Virus record (IMG/VR): IMGVR_UViG_3300018891_000001
Span: 62,001-126,000 of that record
DNA: 64,000 bases
Direction: 5' to 3' (one strand)
Shown one piece after another: positions 12,101 through 20,809 of the stretch. The notes under the pieces are model-generated. The model saw only the letters and a list, made by a program, of their open reading frames with translations, made no database searches and was not told the DNA's origin. Made by a program: the position numbers and the translations under genes. Within the stretch, counting starts at the first letter, position 1. Each line of letters starts with the position of its first letter.

Positions 12101-13105
12101 AACTTATTTATTCGTCAAGTGGCAGACCGGTACTATGCCGATAACCCGGAAATTAACAATAAAATAAAAGAATTTGGTCGGGGACTCGAACAAAAGCTCA
12201 TCGACGCAAAGCACGGAGCTGAACCAGCGGGCTTAAAAATGATTGATGCCATTTATGCAGGAAATTGGGAGAAAGCCTTTGAAATTGATAAGCAATATTT
12301 TGATGGCATGTTCCAAAAGGACTATTATATGAACGTGGTTGCTCAGGAAATGCCAATGGCACTTACTCGAATGAGAGAGGGACTTCGCACAGCAGGCTTT
12401 AAATTTGGAACAAGTACCGGAATCAATGCCAACTATGGAGTTCAGAAGTTAATCGATTTATTATACGGACAAGCAGATCCACAAGAGTATGGGGGAGATA
12501 ATAAAGCATTAGCCATGTGGCATAAATATCTTCAAAGCGAAGGCATGAACATAGATCTTCATGGAGAACAACAAGCTCCTATGCCTATTCAACGATTAAC
12601 AACAACTCCAATGAAAGAGCGAATAGATGAAGGAAAAGGAATATTAAATCGAGCTCGCAATACGTTGAGTGATGCTATTGGAGGAAGTATTTCGGGTGTC
12701 AAAGGGAAGATTAGTCAACTCTTTGATAGTATCCAAAACATGAATCCAAAAACCGCTGCCCTCTTGGGAGCAGGTCTTGCAGTAACGGGTATTGCAGGGT
12801 ACAATATTCTTAACAGTGATAAACCTGTAATGCATTACAATAATGAAAGTCAAGAAAGAAAACGAGAACCTCGTCCGGCTTTGCAAGTAGATATGAATGA
12901 TTACCATTCAACACAAAATGCATCCATTCATATTGAGGCTTCCGGAAGGAAAGTAGGTTCTGATCAAATGTCTCATATGGTGGCTCAAGGAATGAGAGAG
13001 TCCGGCATGAATGCAGGACCAACCCGCATTTCTGTGACCCATCGGGATAATACTCAACAATTAAACCGAGTTTGGTATCGGGATAAAGTACGAGAGAATA
13101 TTTAG
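6200..13105 (+). CDS. Putative virion single-subunit two-barrel RNA polymerase fused to an N-terminal DEDDh 3'-5' exonuclease, with a C-terminal hydrophobic segment
   Basis: Beta-prime-like NVRYPTFH (11678-11701) and NADSDGD (11792-11812). Beta-like YEQQGII, IQPGQLLG, FKFMLDGEK (Lys codons 10328 and 10349) and DIVGIINP (10406-10429). Exo I FDIET (D 6572, E 6578), Exo II YNGLVFD (D 7097), Exo III HNAQID (H 7310, D 7325). C-terminal AALLGAGLAVTGIAGYNIL. RBS AAGGGAG 6185-6191 favours ATG 6200 over GTG 6191. Confidence 0.75.
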   Translation: MNEPWNQTPEDIRVNIVLPKSKDLKVVAVSDPVYYQDRTDPEYEKRITRHIDFLNRQSAILERDKNSLALEMQELMRKKETIIYDGQRVYRLFHSLNQRHNQQTLELFEEFYRSLKNNQNHYIFDIETFGDVHDRQKPYSISEISINEFDRQGNLVRKGYNTVLRQDQKTVDYLQQLIDDIRKDKYAYNRLEDWEKRSLVDLMRYASYMSEYDEHAFSHNLKTQEIQHHSIIKSVFDHQDQVHHGKVLRNIDQYLLYMQSGLDYLKKHGTPVQTALKQIEKLFQENADRFFLTYNGLVFDWPVLKAFAEKHGVTLSSIKHLDYLNAIRTVFSDSDVLKRRINPDFQRSAYSKDKLAAMRQALNLETQDEAHNAQIDTHDTAKVIAATYEHLHQEIQNSKFPIREGFNYHPTYLTWNDEPLRHGQKLFAIGGAMAVQDGDESFRVTLDENGKWVPVTNDFNKTVINSKTFYEFAGMQKLEEGQLAFRFFDPDRNEYAYIVRSGEHAFQELQDFVQSRFYNWDGLDPQYQRDILHAAEADRARRRYQRFFSMDGAGKGLAIIDGEIVEKGTAGFSGLKRMIANAEIMKTHLESKGAQYRAKVEELIAQGMSRNQAKREARKIRAHQLPNHLDFESLWDESRQKYVINEAERKQFFKMYKRLIDELPYLKEVVETIDQEFAEEIQQAAAIKDNRKRRRALMEINQKRDQALMNYYRYMTDAVGEPEQERTLKEFENRRLAFYDPEVDDYRTLDFTTVKSARDSLYQYARRGTKESRNQQKVMKERLDFLFRNLQTQHIITPGQYSYYSDVLWNTDSVWHAAGEIAINMRQRNNGKYETTLTEPSMIQNQNIQQLTKEQNRQFIQRAIEDTRNAQLIINMDSATGKKLILGEEIRKTLEILDQQRFSRLEPKNYEALEELIASIRKTDRTKQIALVMDTHSNDGLMKAYVYNGKDSITVRNQLARGTTPTQALEIVMPLINQAGTHKVGGLVLNAHNIAVREGKNIELISSAQHIARGYADRMGSIMKVFNEGDIEWANTLARRTLRNQIESMSGIQRNMEFGENDTYVWAQNQSDMLKQAHVKLGNAMVEDLFYNGFEGVRLTEKDFYDPDDVFIDDGHGNRILRKGVTLEDVKMETSHKMLMLMPKWAEERLKIPLFTSSVKAEHVSKAILSMEDIRQLIPYGTFYNHGRDNAVQYMNAYLINSQTEERLRNIKGVSRDSLLKTPRQLEYESIQPNKVSMNMRIAYMTQDELRKRVEQMIKDSRGQQLLSELGFLDETGKLQYEKLPRLYEQQGIIAKDLMDALEVNNEKRYDKGKRFELEKGLQIGSTIQPGQLLGYRIHDNGYREAIRYEGTKVAQLIDGVEEGRDLIVRWQTQPFKFMLDGEKMTDSPVDRRFIEYLTGRNDIVGIINPDVAKHHDFGMLMSGEARLLAEEIKKLSPSKQKTARKIIENGGIGLKWNQEMGGFIDHSFDLQIAREQFDKVFEQLNKAKIRISPITPTGLRMGILEGRMSKVANYSKVIDHNGRQVIGYEEGYNAETGEYEVRKVYADGRDGVQWGHREMGVLKSYGLEKTYQHVHQIMLEQAQQTHRLQETRAVAESLRYLTHEDRIQTEALNIEDFDSLPEMYRSENTYKGTIFDREKVKSLVSQYKNHNAMNEHGFWLELPSVKRPDGKLDKVTIRMDETGTLKEIDKIFIPFTKLEGAHGDIHLRDLQKQIARIYEKAEEVQRATSLQDARMAHQELQQAVRGYVKQSFKELTSSKGMLFGDVFKTHMNNSASGLFKLMDYHTSQKVMEKWGEGEYTIISEDTAKKMGIYDRLKAGNELYVANVRYPTFHDGAMQFTKLKMADWVKEGEFHTTSFASMLQNADSDGDYSHIVFVDDKDIQEEWRRAHDQTRQKFEERWRAHLEKTDPTHPSYQEAKPVSIRDTEAKGVADEQWKQFVLKRIGNNDQETASKIGKMTIGRASNLNLFIRQVADRYYADNPEINNKIKEFGRGLEQKLIDAKHGAEPAGLKMIDAIYAGNWEKAFEIDKQYFDGMFQKDYYMNVVAQEMPMALTRMREGLRTAGFKFGTSTGINANYGVQKLIDLLYGQADPQEYGGDNKALAMWHKYLQSEGMNIDLHGEQQAPMPIQRLTTTPMKERIDEGKGILNRARNTLSDAIGGSISGVKGKISQLFDSIQNMNPKTAALLGAGLAVTGIAGYNILNSDKPVMHYNNESQERKREPRPALQVDMNDYHSTQNASIHIEASGRKVGSDQMSHMVAQGMRESGMNAGPTRISVTHRDNTQQLNRVWYRDKVRENI

Positions 13106-13110
13106 GGGGT

Positions 13111-16100
13111 ATGCTCATGTCATTCCAGCAATATATTCCCTATGGGGGATTGCTTGAGCATCACTTACGCATAGGGGACACGATTTTTTACGTGCCCCCT
13201 ACTGCTATTAGTGTGCATCGTCAAATGAAAAATCAACGAATATCTATTTTACGGGCACGCAATAGTTTGCCAGTAGAATCCGGTTATTTTGACCGGGTCA
13301 TTGAATTTACTTTGTTCTTTCCGGATATTGAATCCATTAATAACGAGCTCCGTCCTTTATTGGCTCAGGTAAAGAAATGCCCGTTTCTTCCGATTGAAAA
13401 TACGTATTTGAATGATATTCATAAAATTGAAGCCGTTACGATTGTAGGAGTTACTGTACAAACCACTCCAGGATTCCCTAATACGCTTCAAGCTCAAATT
13501 CAATGTTATGCCTTTGAGCCGGCAAGTTATATTGCGGATGAGGATGACCGAACGTTTGACGAAATGTTTGACTGGCCACTATTCCGTTGGTATTACAGTC
13601 GAAATTTAGATCCTCAAATCGGAAATATGTTTCACACGTATTTTGAACCTTTGTATGGAGAGTTGGATCATTCTTTTAAATTTCGGATTGCCGCTATGGA
13701 TGATTTAGATGCGATTGCCGCATGGAGAAAAGAAAAGAAAAAACTCATTCGAGATTTTCTAAGAGAAACCCGGGAAAACTTTTGGGGAAATGAAAAACGA
13801 GAAGAAGAATTTCATCAAAAATATGACAAGCTATATCAAAAAGCCATGTTTGAGTACCAGCTTCATTATGAAGATTGGAATCTTCCGGGACTTGTTTTAA
13901 CAGACCTATCTATTGGTTTTGAAAATAATATCGCATCCTTACAACTGCAAGAAGATGCTTCTCCAACTCATCAATACTTAGGTTCACAAGATACGATTTT
14001 AGTAGCCCGTTTTCAAACCGATAACATAGAAACCATTGCCGAATTAGAAGCTCTTGTCAATCGAGCCACGTATATGACTCGCACTTATCATAAAGAGGTA
14101 TCGAATGGATTTTTAGAGTTTGATCACCCGTTGGCTCGATTATTTGGTGTGCGAAATGTTACGATCGAGGATATGCAAACTAATACGATTGAAGGGTATC
14201 CCGGAGCACATGAAGTTGTTTTAACGATGATTGCCTATAACCGAGCAGAACGAAAATTAAATGAGGTACAATGGCTGTCAGAAACGGCTCAATGGGATAT
14301 TAGCAAATATGAGGAGCTTTCTTTATTAGGGATTTTTACAGATTTTGACCTTGGAATTTCAGAAGATTATCAAGGTTCGGATATCATCATGGACATGCCT
14401 CTTATTAGTCCATTTGCACGTTTTGTACGGTTTATGTGGGATCGCCCAATGTTTGAACAGATGTTTTTAGGTTTGAAAAACTTTTTAGCCGGGCATCACA
14501 AAACACCTGCTGATTTAGATCAAGAAGGAGTTAAACGTATCATTTATGATGAATCCATTAAACAATTTTTCCGAGCAGCTGAAGTGTATCCCGATTTAGA
14601 GCTTCCGACATATGCAGAAGTAGCTATGGCAGGATTTCATGTGGAAAACACAAACGATGGCGTGTTTGTTGATCCAGACTTTTTCATTAAATATAAAAAA
14701 GGAACTCTATTTTGGGAAAATTTATTAAAATCCATTGAGCAAAATTATCAGGTTGTGTTACGAGATGCTTTAGGCGGAGAAGCAGTCGTTCATGGTGGTG
14801 AAATTAAAAATATCAATAAAGTAACCAGTGAGCAAATTCAAAAAGGAAAAAAGGACTTCCAAGAAGCTTCTGGTCAACAGCAAATGGATGCTTCTCCAAT
14901 TGCAAAAGATCTCATCGATACGGGCAATTTAAAAAAGGAACAAATGGAAGCTTTGATTCGTCAGAAAGCTCAACAGTTTGGTTTAAATCAGAACTTCCCT
15001 TTGGCTTTTGCTCGTGCTATGGATGAGGAATTAAAGCAGTTTTATGATAAAGGAATGAATGCGAAACAAGGAAAAGTTGTTAATCGTAACAGTAGTGCAC
15101 CTGTTATGATGAACAATCACTTTGAGTTTTACACGAATCCTGATGGAACCATTGACGGTGAGTATATTGGAGTGATGAAAGTTCGACGTTTATATGGCTC
15201 CAATGTGAATTTGCTAGGAAAAAACATCGAGTACAATGTGGAAACTGGTATCCGAAAAATGGCCGACTTTTATGCTGAATTAGCTCGTATTCATGCGAAT
15301 TCTGCCAATGGAGGCAAGAAAATTTATAACGAACAATACGTTTACGATTTGTTTGGTCTAAAAAATAAAAGAGGCACATTTGATGTAGAAAAAGCACGGT
15401 TTGCCGGAGTTGTCATGTTGTATCTTGGATTTGACCGAGAATATATGGCACTTGTTAAAGATAATAAACGACCACCACGGCAAATTGTGCAATTGGTGCA
15501 AAAAGTTTTGGATAACGTAAAAAATGAAGAACAATGGACTAATCAGCAAATTCACAATCGGGTAAAGAATTTACCAATCAAAGATTTTAAATCTGTAGGA
15601 ACTCAGGCAAGTGCAGTTACTTCTACCACGAGTGCTTCTTATGTAGATGATAATAATCAAATTTATAAAGGCATGCTTCATGATATGCTGCGTTATGATA
15701 AACGAGGTCGATTGGTTCGAGCATTCCCAACATTTTTCCTTACTTTTATTGATGAGGGTCAATATATCGGAACTATCAAACTGTCCGATCAATTTTTTCA
15801 GTATAAAGCAGTCATGGATATCATGTACACCAATAATCGAAAAGAAGCATCAAGTACATTAGTCTTAGAAATGTCTAATATTTATGGGACTTTAGATGAT
15901 GCCGAAAAAGGAATGGATTTAACTCACACAGGTTACTCAGAAGTCTTTAAAGCCATGACACTTCCGGGAGCTGTAACACGGGAAGCAGAGCGTTCCCGTC
16001 ACCGAAATCCAAATTACTATAAATCGATTATGCTTCGCACTGGGACTCGTATTCATTTTCGAATGGGATATGGCTCTAATCCAATGGAAATGCCAACAAT

Positions 16101-19100
16101 TATGAATGGTACCATTACCTCAATTACAAATAATAAAGAATCCATTACGGTCATTGCACAGGATGACGGAATCGAATTAACGAATAAAATCCGGGCTGAT
16201 GTGAACGAAACAACAGACGGAGGATTTCTTTTTTCTAAGAAAGAGCCTACCGAAATTGTTGATGAATTATTGACGGATTCCCAGGGATTCTTTAGGAACT
16301 TGTGGGCCGGATTATCAAACAAAGAATTTGAGAATCACAGTCTTGGAATTATGCATTTTGGTAGTCAACAGCAGCCACAAGGATGGGCACAATTACAATC
16401 CTTCTTGGGTGGTATCCCGGTAGGAGCTGCAGCTGGGATTATGGGAGGAGTGATCGGTGCTATTGCTGGATCTCTTTCCGGAGGACTCTTTGGTGGTGTA
16501 CTCGCTGGAAAAGATAGTCGTACCATTGGGGAAATCAATATGAATGTCTATCAAACGACAGGGCTTACTAATGAAGAACATGATCAGTGGTGGACGAAAA
16601 TCAAAGATGCTTTTGGTATTGGGAAAGCGGATGAACCCGGCATTAATATCAATCTATTTGATAAAAGTGTATGGGATGTCTTAAATATTTGTGCTTCTGT
16701 TGGAGATGATCATATCGTAGCGGTGCATCCATTTGGATTCCGTAACACTATCTTTTCTGGAAAACCTTATTTTCCGCTTCATTATGACTATATCGTGGAT
16801 GCTAAACAAGAAAAAGTGCTAGGAACAGCGGTCAAACCGTTTCGACAGTTTCATGTGTATGATAGTGCTACCTCGATTTTAGATAACAGTATTGAAGCAA
16901 CAGAAGAATATATACGAACAGTAGCTGTAGGTGTATACATGAATGAAGGGGAAATGGATACCACCTCTCCTATTTTCGTGGACACAAACATTTGGCCAGA
17001 AAAACAACGAGTTGTTAATATTGATACGACAATGAATGCGCAAGGAGTGCGGTTGATTCAGCATATTCCTCTCATTGGAGGACTATTAAATAAGCCATTG
17101 AAATGGTACTTCGATGAAGGAGTAGCAATTAAAATAGCAGCCGCTGGTTTACGAGATTATGTCAAAGACATGTATGATGGATACTTAACCGTTATGGGGG
17201 ATCCAAGTGTTAAGCCTTATGATCAAATGTGGGTTTTTGATACGTATAACGATATCGTCGGTCTTGCAGAAGTAAAAGAAGTTACCCAAATCATGAATCA
17301 CCAAATGGGATACATCACAATGATCAAACCGGATGCAGTGGTTGTTAATAGTGACCGGCGAGCTATGGGATTTGCCATGACACTCCAAGCCATTGCCGGA
17401 AGTGCCCTAATCACATATGCTCTGCGTAAAAAATTGAAAACATCTAAATATGCAGGACATCTTCCTATTTTAAATGCAGCGTGGGCAGCGACTCAGAATC
17501 AATTTGATCGATTGAAAGAGCGTTTTCAAACCAATCGGGTAACTAAAAAGTTGTATGATACTCTAACAGGAAAACGACCATCTAATGAGAACGATATTTT
17601 ACAAAAGGAATCTAAACGAAAAAGTGTGCGAGCAAAAGCAGAAGATGTAGCTCGATGGGCCAAAAACGGAATGTTGAATCAACTAGAAAAATGGACCGGA
17701 GAAAAAGCTCGCAACAATCTTGAGGAAATTTTGAGAAACAGTCGGGAATTTGGCTATAACACCTTTAATCATCTTCGATTAAAAGAAAAAATCACTCCTC
17801 TTTTAACAAGTGGAAGTCGAAAGCTTCGAAAACTCAAAGGAGTCGGGGAATATGCACGTATGGCGTGGGCAGGAACTCATGCTGCAGCAGGACCAATTGG
17901 ATGGATTGCTTTTGCCATTGAAGCTTTAGTGATTCATTTAATTACTGCCACTGTAGCAGAATTTATTGAGCGATGGCTCTTTACAAGGCAAGCTGTCATG
18001 ATTGCTCCTCTTATCAAAGGAGGATTGGAGTTCACCGCAGGAATTAATGGTCATAAAGGATCAGTGATTGGAGATCCCCCGGACTTTTGGCAAAGATTTA
18101 TGACCAACGAATTTTCCGCTGTTTTACTAGGATTTTTTGGAGTGGATGCATGGAAGTATCGCCAAGATTATGTAATGGAAAATGATCTTCAAATGCAAAC
18201 AAATTCCTCTGTTTCTCGTATCAATGTCAATAGTATGGCACAAGATTTATTGCAGCATTTTCGGAAACAACCACGGAACGTACCAGAATTGCAACACTTG
18301 TATGAAGAGGATCGCAAAGCAGCATTAGAACAAGTCAACCGGCGTTTGGCATTACTAAATTCTCGATACACCAAAGCTGTTCACCCAGAAGAAGAAAAGA
18401 GTTGGGAGGAATGGAAAAAACAAATCGGGGATTGGTTTTCAGACCTTTGGGAGCAAATCAAATTACTTTTTGGTGGAAAAGATGATGGACAAGTTTGTAT
18501 TCCAAAGGGAGATGTGCCAACCAACGGAAAAGCCGTGAATCTATCCAAATACTTTAGTGTGATCGGACCAAAAATTGAAGAAGAATGTAAACGTCAGGGA
18601 TTAAGTCCTTACGCAGAAATTCTAAAAGCAAAATGTATGCAAGAATCAGGAGGAAACTACCTCAAATATCCGGATGTTATGCAAGCATCAGAATCATTAG
18701 GAAAACCAATCGGATGGATTAAAGATGTAGATTTATCCATTCGTCAAGGTGTGAAATATTTTGGTGAGATTATTAAGAAATGTAATGGAGATATTAAACT
18801 TGCCCTGCAATCATACAACTACGGAAAAGGCTTTATTGATTACGCCATGAAACGAGGAGGCAAATATACACCGGAATTGGCATGGTCGTTTGCTGAAGAA
18901 ATGGTGAAGAAATATGGAAGAATTTCACGTATTCCTCCGGGATATGGAGACTCAAAATATGTTGAACGAGTACTTCGTTATTATCAAGGGGATCTTCCAA
19001 GTGGGGAATGTGAAAATGCAGTAGGCAATGGTCCGGGTGGAGCAAGTTCATGTCCATCTGTAACCGGAAGAGAGGGAAAGAGAAAATATCAAACAAGTGG

Positions 19101-19554
19101 AGAAGGATTAACAGATTTGCGCACAATTCCGCAGCGACCATTTGGCCTTGCTATTGTAGGTGGAACAAGTAAAGTACGACCTGGAACCGCAGAAGCTTTA
19201 GTTAATATGGCTCTTCTTTACAAGAAAGCAACAGGCAAAACGTTTAAAGTTACCAGTGGAAATCGACCAGGAGATCCTAATTGGCATGGAACCGGATGGG
19301 CGGTGGATATTGATACACCTAATACCATGCGAATTATTAATGGCAAAATGCGATTCCCAAATGGAACGGATAAAAACGATGCCCGTGCTTTATGTCAAGC
19401 TGCTATTGAAGCAGGTTTTCGTGGTCTATATTTTGGTGATTGGGATATCGTGCAAGAGATGAATCAGAAATACGGGGCAGGAACAATGACATATGATCCG
19501 GGTGGTCACTGGAATCATCTCCATTGCTCTTATCCAATTTGTAAGAAAAAATAG
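13111..19554 (+). CDS. Tail hub / tail-associated peptidoglycan hydrolase (lysozyme-like domain plus M15-type Zn peptidase at the C-terminus)
   Basis: CwlT-like lysozyme motifs MQESGG (Glu 18643), DVMQASES, SIRQGVKYF and ALQSYNYG at ~18550-18985. M15 motifs SGNR...WHGTGWAVD (His 19285, Asp 19306) and WNHLH (19510-19524). Located directly before the gpV/gp25/gpJ-like genes. Confidence 0.8.
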   Translation: MLMSFQQYIPYGGLLEHHLRIGDTIFYVPPTAISVHRQMKNQRISILRARNSLPVESGYFDRVIEFTLFFPDIESINNELRPLLAQVKKCPFLPIENTYLNDIHKIEAVTIVGVTVQTTPGFPNTLQAQIQCYAFEPASYIADEDDRTFDEMFDWPLFRWYYSRNLDPQIGNMFHTYFEPLYGELDHSFKFRIAAMDDLDAIAAWRKEKKKLIRDFLRETRENFWGNEKREEEFHQKYDKLYQKAMFEYQLHYEDWNLPGLVLTDLSIGFENNIASLQLQEDASPTHQYLGSQDTILVARFQTDNIETIAELEALVNRATYMTRTYHKEVSNGFLEFDHPLARLFGVRNVTIEDMQTNTIEGYPGAHEVVLTMIAYNRAERKLNEVQWLSETAQWDISKYEELSLLGIFTDFDLGISEDYQGSDIIMDMPLISPFARFVRFMWDRPMFEQMFLGLKNFLAGHHKTPADLDQEGVKRIIYDESIKQFFRAAEVYPDLELPTYAEVAMAGFHVENTNDGVFVDPDFFIKYKKGTLFWENLLKSIEQNYQVVLRDALGGEAVVHGGEIKNINKVTSEQIQKGKKDFQEASGQQQMDASPIAKDLIDTGNLKKEQMEALIRQKAQQFGLNQNFPLAFARAMDEELKQFYDKGMNAKQGKVVNRNSSAPVMMNNHFEFYTNPDGTIDGEYIGVMKVRRLYGSNVNLLGKNIEYNVETGIRKMADFYAELARIHANSANGGKKIYNEQYVYDLFGLKNKRGTFDVEKARFAGVVMLYLGFDREYMALVKDNKRPPRQIVQLVQKVLDNVKNEEQWTNQQIHNRVKNLPIKDFKSVGTQASAVTSTTSASYVDDNNQIYKGMLHDMLRYDKRGRLVRAFPTFFLTFIDEGQYIGTIKLSDQFFQYKAVMDIMYTNNRKEASSTLVLEMSNIYGTLDDAEKGMDLTHTGYSEVFKAMTLPGAVTREAERSRHRNPNYYKSIMLRTGTRIHFRMGYGSNPMEMPTIMNGTITSITNNKESITVIAQDDGIELTNKIRADVNETTDGGFLFSKKEPTEIVDELLTDSQGFFRNLWAGLSNKEFENHSLGIMHFGSQQQPQGWAQLQSFLGGIPVGAAAGIMGGVIGAIAGSLSGGLFGGVLAGKDSRTIGEINMNVYQTTGLTNEEHDQWWTKIKDAFGIGKADEPGININLFDKSVWDVLNICASVGDDHIVAVHPFGFRNTIFSGKPYFPLHYDYIVDAKQEKVLGTAVKPFRQFHVYDSATSILDNSIEATEEYIRTVAVGVYMNEGEMDTTSPIFVDTNIWPEKQRVVNIDTTMNAQGVRLIQHIPLIGGLLNKPLKWYFDEGVAIKIAAAGLRDYVKDMYDGYLTVMGDPSVKPYDQMWVFDTYNDIVGLAEVKEVTQIMNHQMGYITMIKPDAVVVNSDRRAMGFAMTLQAIAGSALITYALRKKLKTSKYAGHLPILNAAWAATQNQFDRLKERFQTNRVTKKLYDTLTGKRPSNENDILQKESKRKSVRAKAEDVARWAKNGMLNQLEKWTGEKARNNLEEILRNSREFGYNTFNHLRLKEKITPLLTSGSRKLRKLKGVGEYARMAWAGTHAAAGPIGWIAFAIEALVIHLITATVAEFIERWLFTRQAVMIAPLIKGGLEFTAGINGHKGSVIGDPPDFWQRFMTNEFSAVLLGFFGVDAWKYRQDYVMENDLQMQTNSSVSRINVNSMAQDLLQHFRKQPRNVPELQHLYEEDRKAALEQVNRRLALLNSRYTKAVHPEEEKSWEEWKKQIGDWFSDLWEQIKLLFGGKDDGQVCIPKGDVPTNGKAVNLSKYFSVIGPKIEEECKRQGLSPYAEILKAKCMQESGGNYLKYPDVMQASESLGKPIGWIKDVDLSIRQGVKYFGEIIKKCNGDIKLALQSYNYGKGFIDYAMKRGGKYTPELAWSFAEEMVKKYGRISRIPPGYGDSKYVERVLRYYQGDLPSGECENAVGNGPGGASSCPSVTGREGKRKYQTSGEGLTDLRTIPQRPFGLAIVGGTSKVRPGTAEALVNMALLYKKATGKTFKVTSGNRPGDPNWHGTGWAVDIDTPNTMRIINGKMRFPNGTDKNDARALCQAAIEAGFRGLYFGDWDIVQEMNQKYGAGTMTYDPGGHWNHLHCSYPICKKK

Positions 19555-19566
19555 GGAGGAATATAA

Positions 19567-20025
19567 ATGACTGTTGAACAAAGCAGCTTTAAGAAAGGGT
19601 TGTATGAGCAAAGTGCCGATAGAGCGTCTGAGCGACGCTCTTATGGCCTTATTGGAAAAGTGGCGTATTATCATCCCAATACCACATATTGTTCTTGTGG
19701 AGCAACTGACCAATTTGGAAATGAACGTCACCCAAAAGGCAGAAAAACACCACTTGCCAAACACGAACGACATACCATAGATGTGGATGTTCTATTAGGA
19801 AATAAAATTCAGCGATTATACTCTGTCCCATGCTTTGTTTATTCGCAGGGTTTGATTGATAAAGGTTTTCAAAAAAATGATCGGGTATGGATTGAATTTG
19901 TCAATGGAGATCCGAATATGCCTGTGGCCACTGCTTATTATCGAGAGCCCGATCAATTAGATTTATTCTTTAATAATCTTAAATACCGGGTAGCGGAATT
20001 CTTCGATGAATTGCTTCCGGGATAA
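19567..20025 (+). CDS. Baseplate spike / gpV-gp5 N-terminal OB-fold-like protein
   Basis: KNDRVWIEFVNGDPNMPVATAYY resembles the gpV/gp5 OB-fold end motif; RBS GGGAGGA; position between hub and gp25. Confidence 0.6.
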   Translation: MTVEQSSFKKGLYEQSADRASERRSYGLIGKVAYYHPNTTYCSCGATDQFGNERHPKGRKTPLAKHERHTIDVDVLLGNKIQRLYSVPCFVYSQGLIDKGFQKNDRVWIEFVNGDPNMPVATAYYREPDQLDLFFNNLKYRVAEFFDELLPG

Positions 20026-20036
20026 GAGGTGATAAG

Positions 20037-20408
20037 ATGAGCTGGAAAGAGGATTTATATGAATTAGACTTATATGAATCACTAGATTTAGATGTAATCG
20101 CAGACCAGAGTACAGAAGCCAAAGAAAATGATATTGGAATGATTAATCCCATCAGCGGAGCCGGTATCCTTGCGAGAGAGAATGGAACTCTAGAAGGATT
20201 TGCTGATTACGGGTTAGGATTTCGGTTTAGTCGAGATAGTCAAAGTCTTTTAATTTTTGCACCAAATATTCATGTATTTTCACTTCATATTGAAAAGCAT
20301 GACAAAATCATACGAAATACGTATTTAAAAGATGAATACGGGGATATCGAAAACTTGTTAAATGAAATCAAACTCGTTGAAGGAGATCATAACCATGAGA
20401 AACTATAA
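20037..20408 (+). CDS. Hypothetical baseplate-region protein
   Basis: 123-aa ORF with RBS GAGGTG, packed between the gpV-like and gp25-like genes. Confidence 0.6.
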   Translation: MSWKEDLYELDLYESLDLDVIADQSTEAKENDIGMINPISGAGILARENGTLEGFADYGLGFRFSRDSQSLLIFAPNIHVFSLHIEKHDKIIRNTYLKDEYGDIENLLNEIKLVEGDHNHEKL

Positions 20409-20796
20409 CGAAAAAGATTTGGCATTTTATAATTTAGATAGCCATATTGAAGGAGATTTGATTGTCGATGAAACTGGGGATCTTGCTTTAACAGTAAATT
20501 ATGATTCAGCCCGGCAAGATATCACCAATCGACTTCGCACACAAAAAGGAGATTGGCGTTCTCATCCGCAATTAGGAGCGGATTTAGAATTATTAGAGGG
20601 AGAACCAAATACTCGAGAAACCGGAATGAAAGGTGTAGCTCAAATTTATGAAGCTCTCACATATGACCATCGTTTTCACTTAGAAGATCTTCATGTACGG
20701 GCTGTGCCTACTAGTATTGAGGAAATTCAGTTCTTCGTATTATTAGATTCCGATTCTAATGAACCCGTTGTGGTACAACAATCCCTAGAATTATAA
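20395..20796 (+). CDS. Baseplate wedge gp25/gpW-like protein
   Basis: ARQDITNRLRTQKGDWRSHPQLGADL matches the gp25-family pattern. RBS GAAGGAGA 20379-20386 favours ATG 20395 (track start 20362). Confidence 0.75.
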   Translation: MRNYNEKDLAFYNLDSHIEGDLIVDETGDLALTVNYDSARQDITNRLRTQKGDWRSHPQLGADLELLEGEPNTRETGMKGVAQIYEALTYDHRFHLEDLHVRAVPTSIEEIQFFVLLDSDSNEPVVVQQSLEL

Positions 20797-20809
20797 AGCA
20801 GGTGATATC

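Noticed and set aside
6200-13105. Interpreting the DEDDh-containing giant as a DNA polymerase
   Set aside because: No family A, B or C polymerase motifs were recognised; the downstream motifs (RxP...NADxDGD, paired Lys, DxIINP) are two-barrel RNA polymerase signatures.
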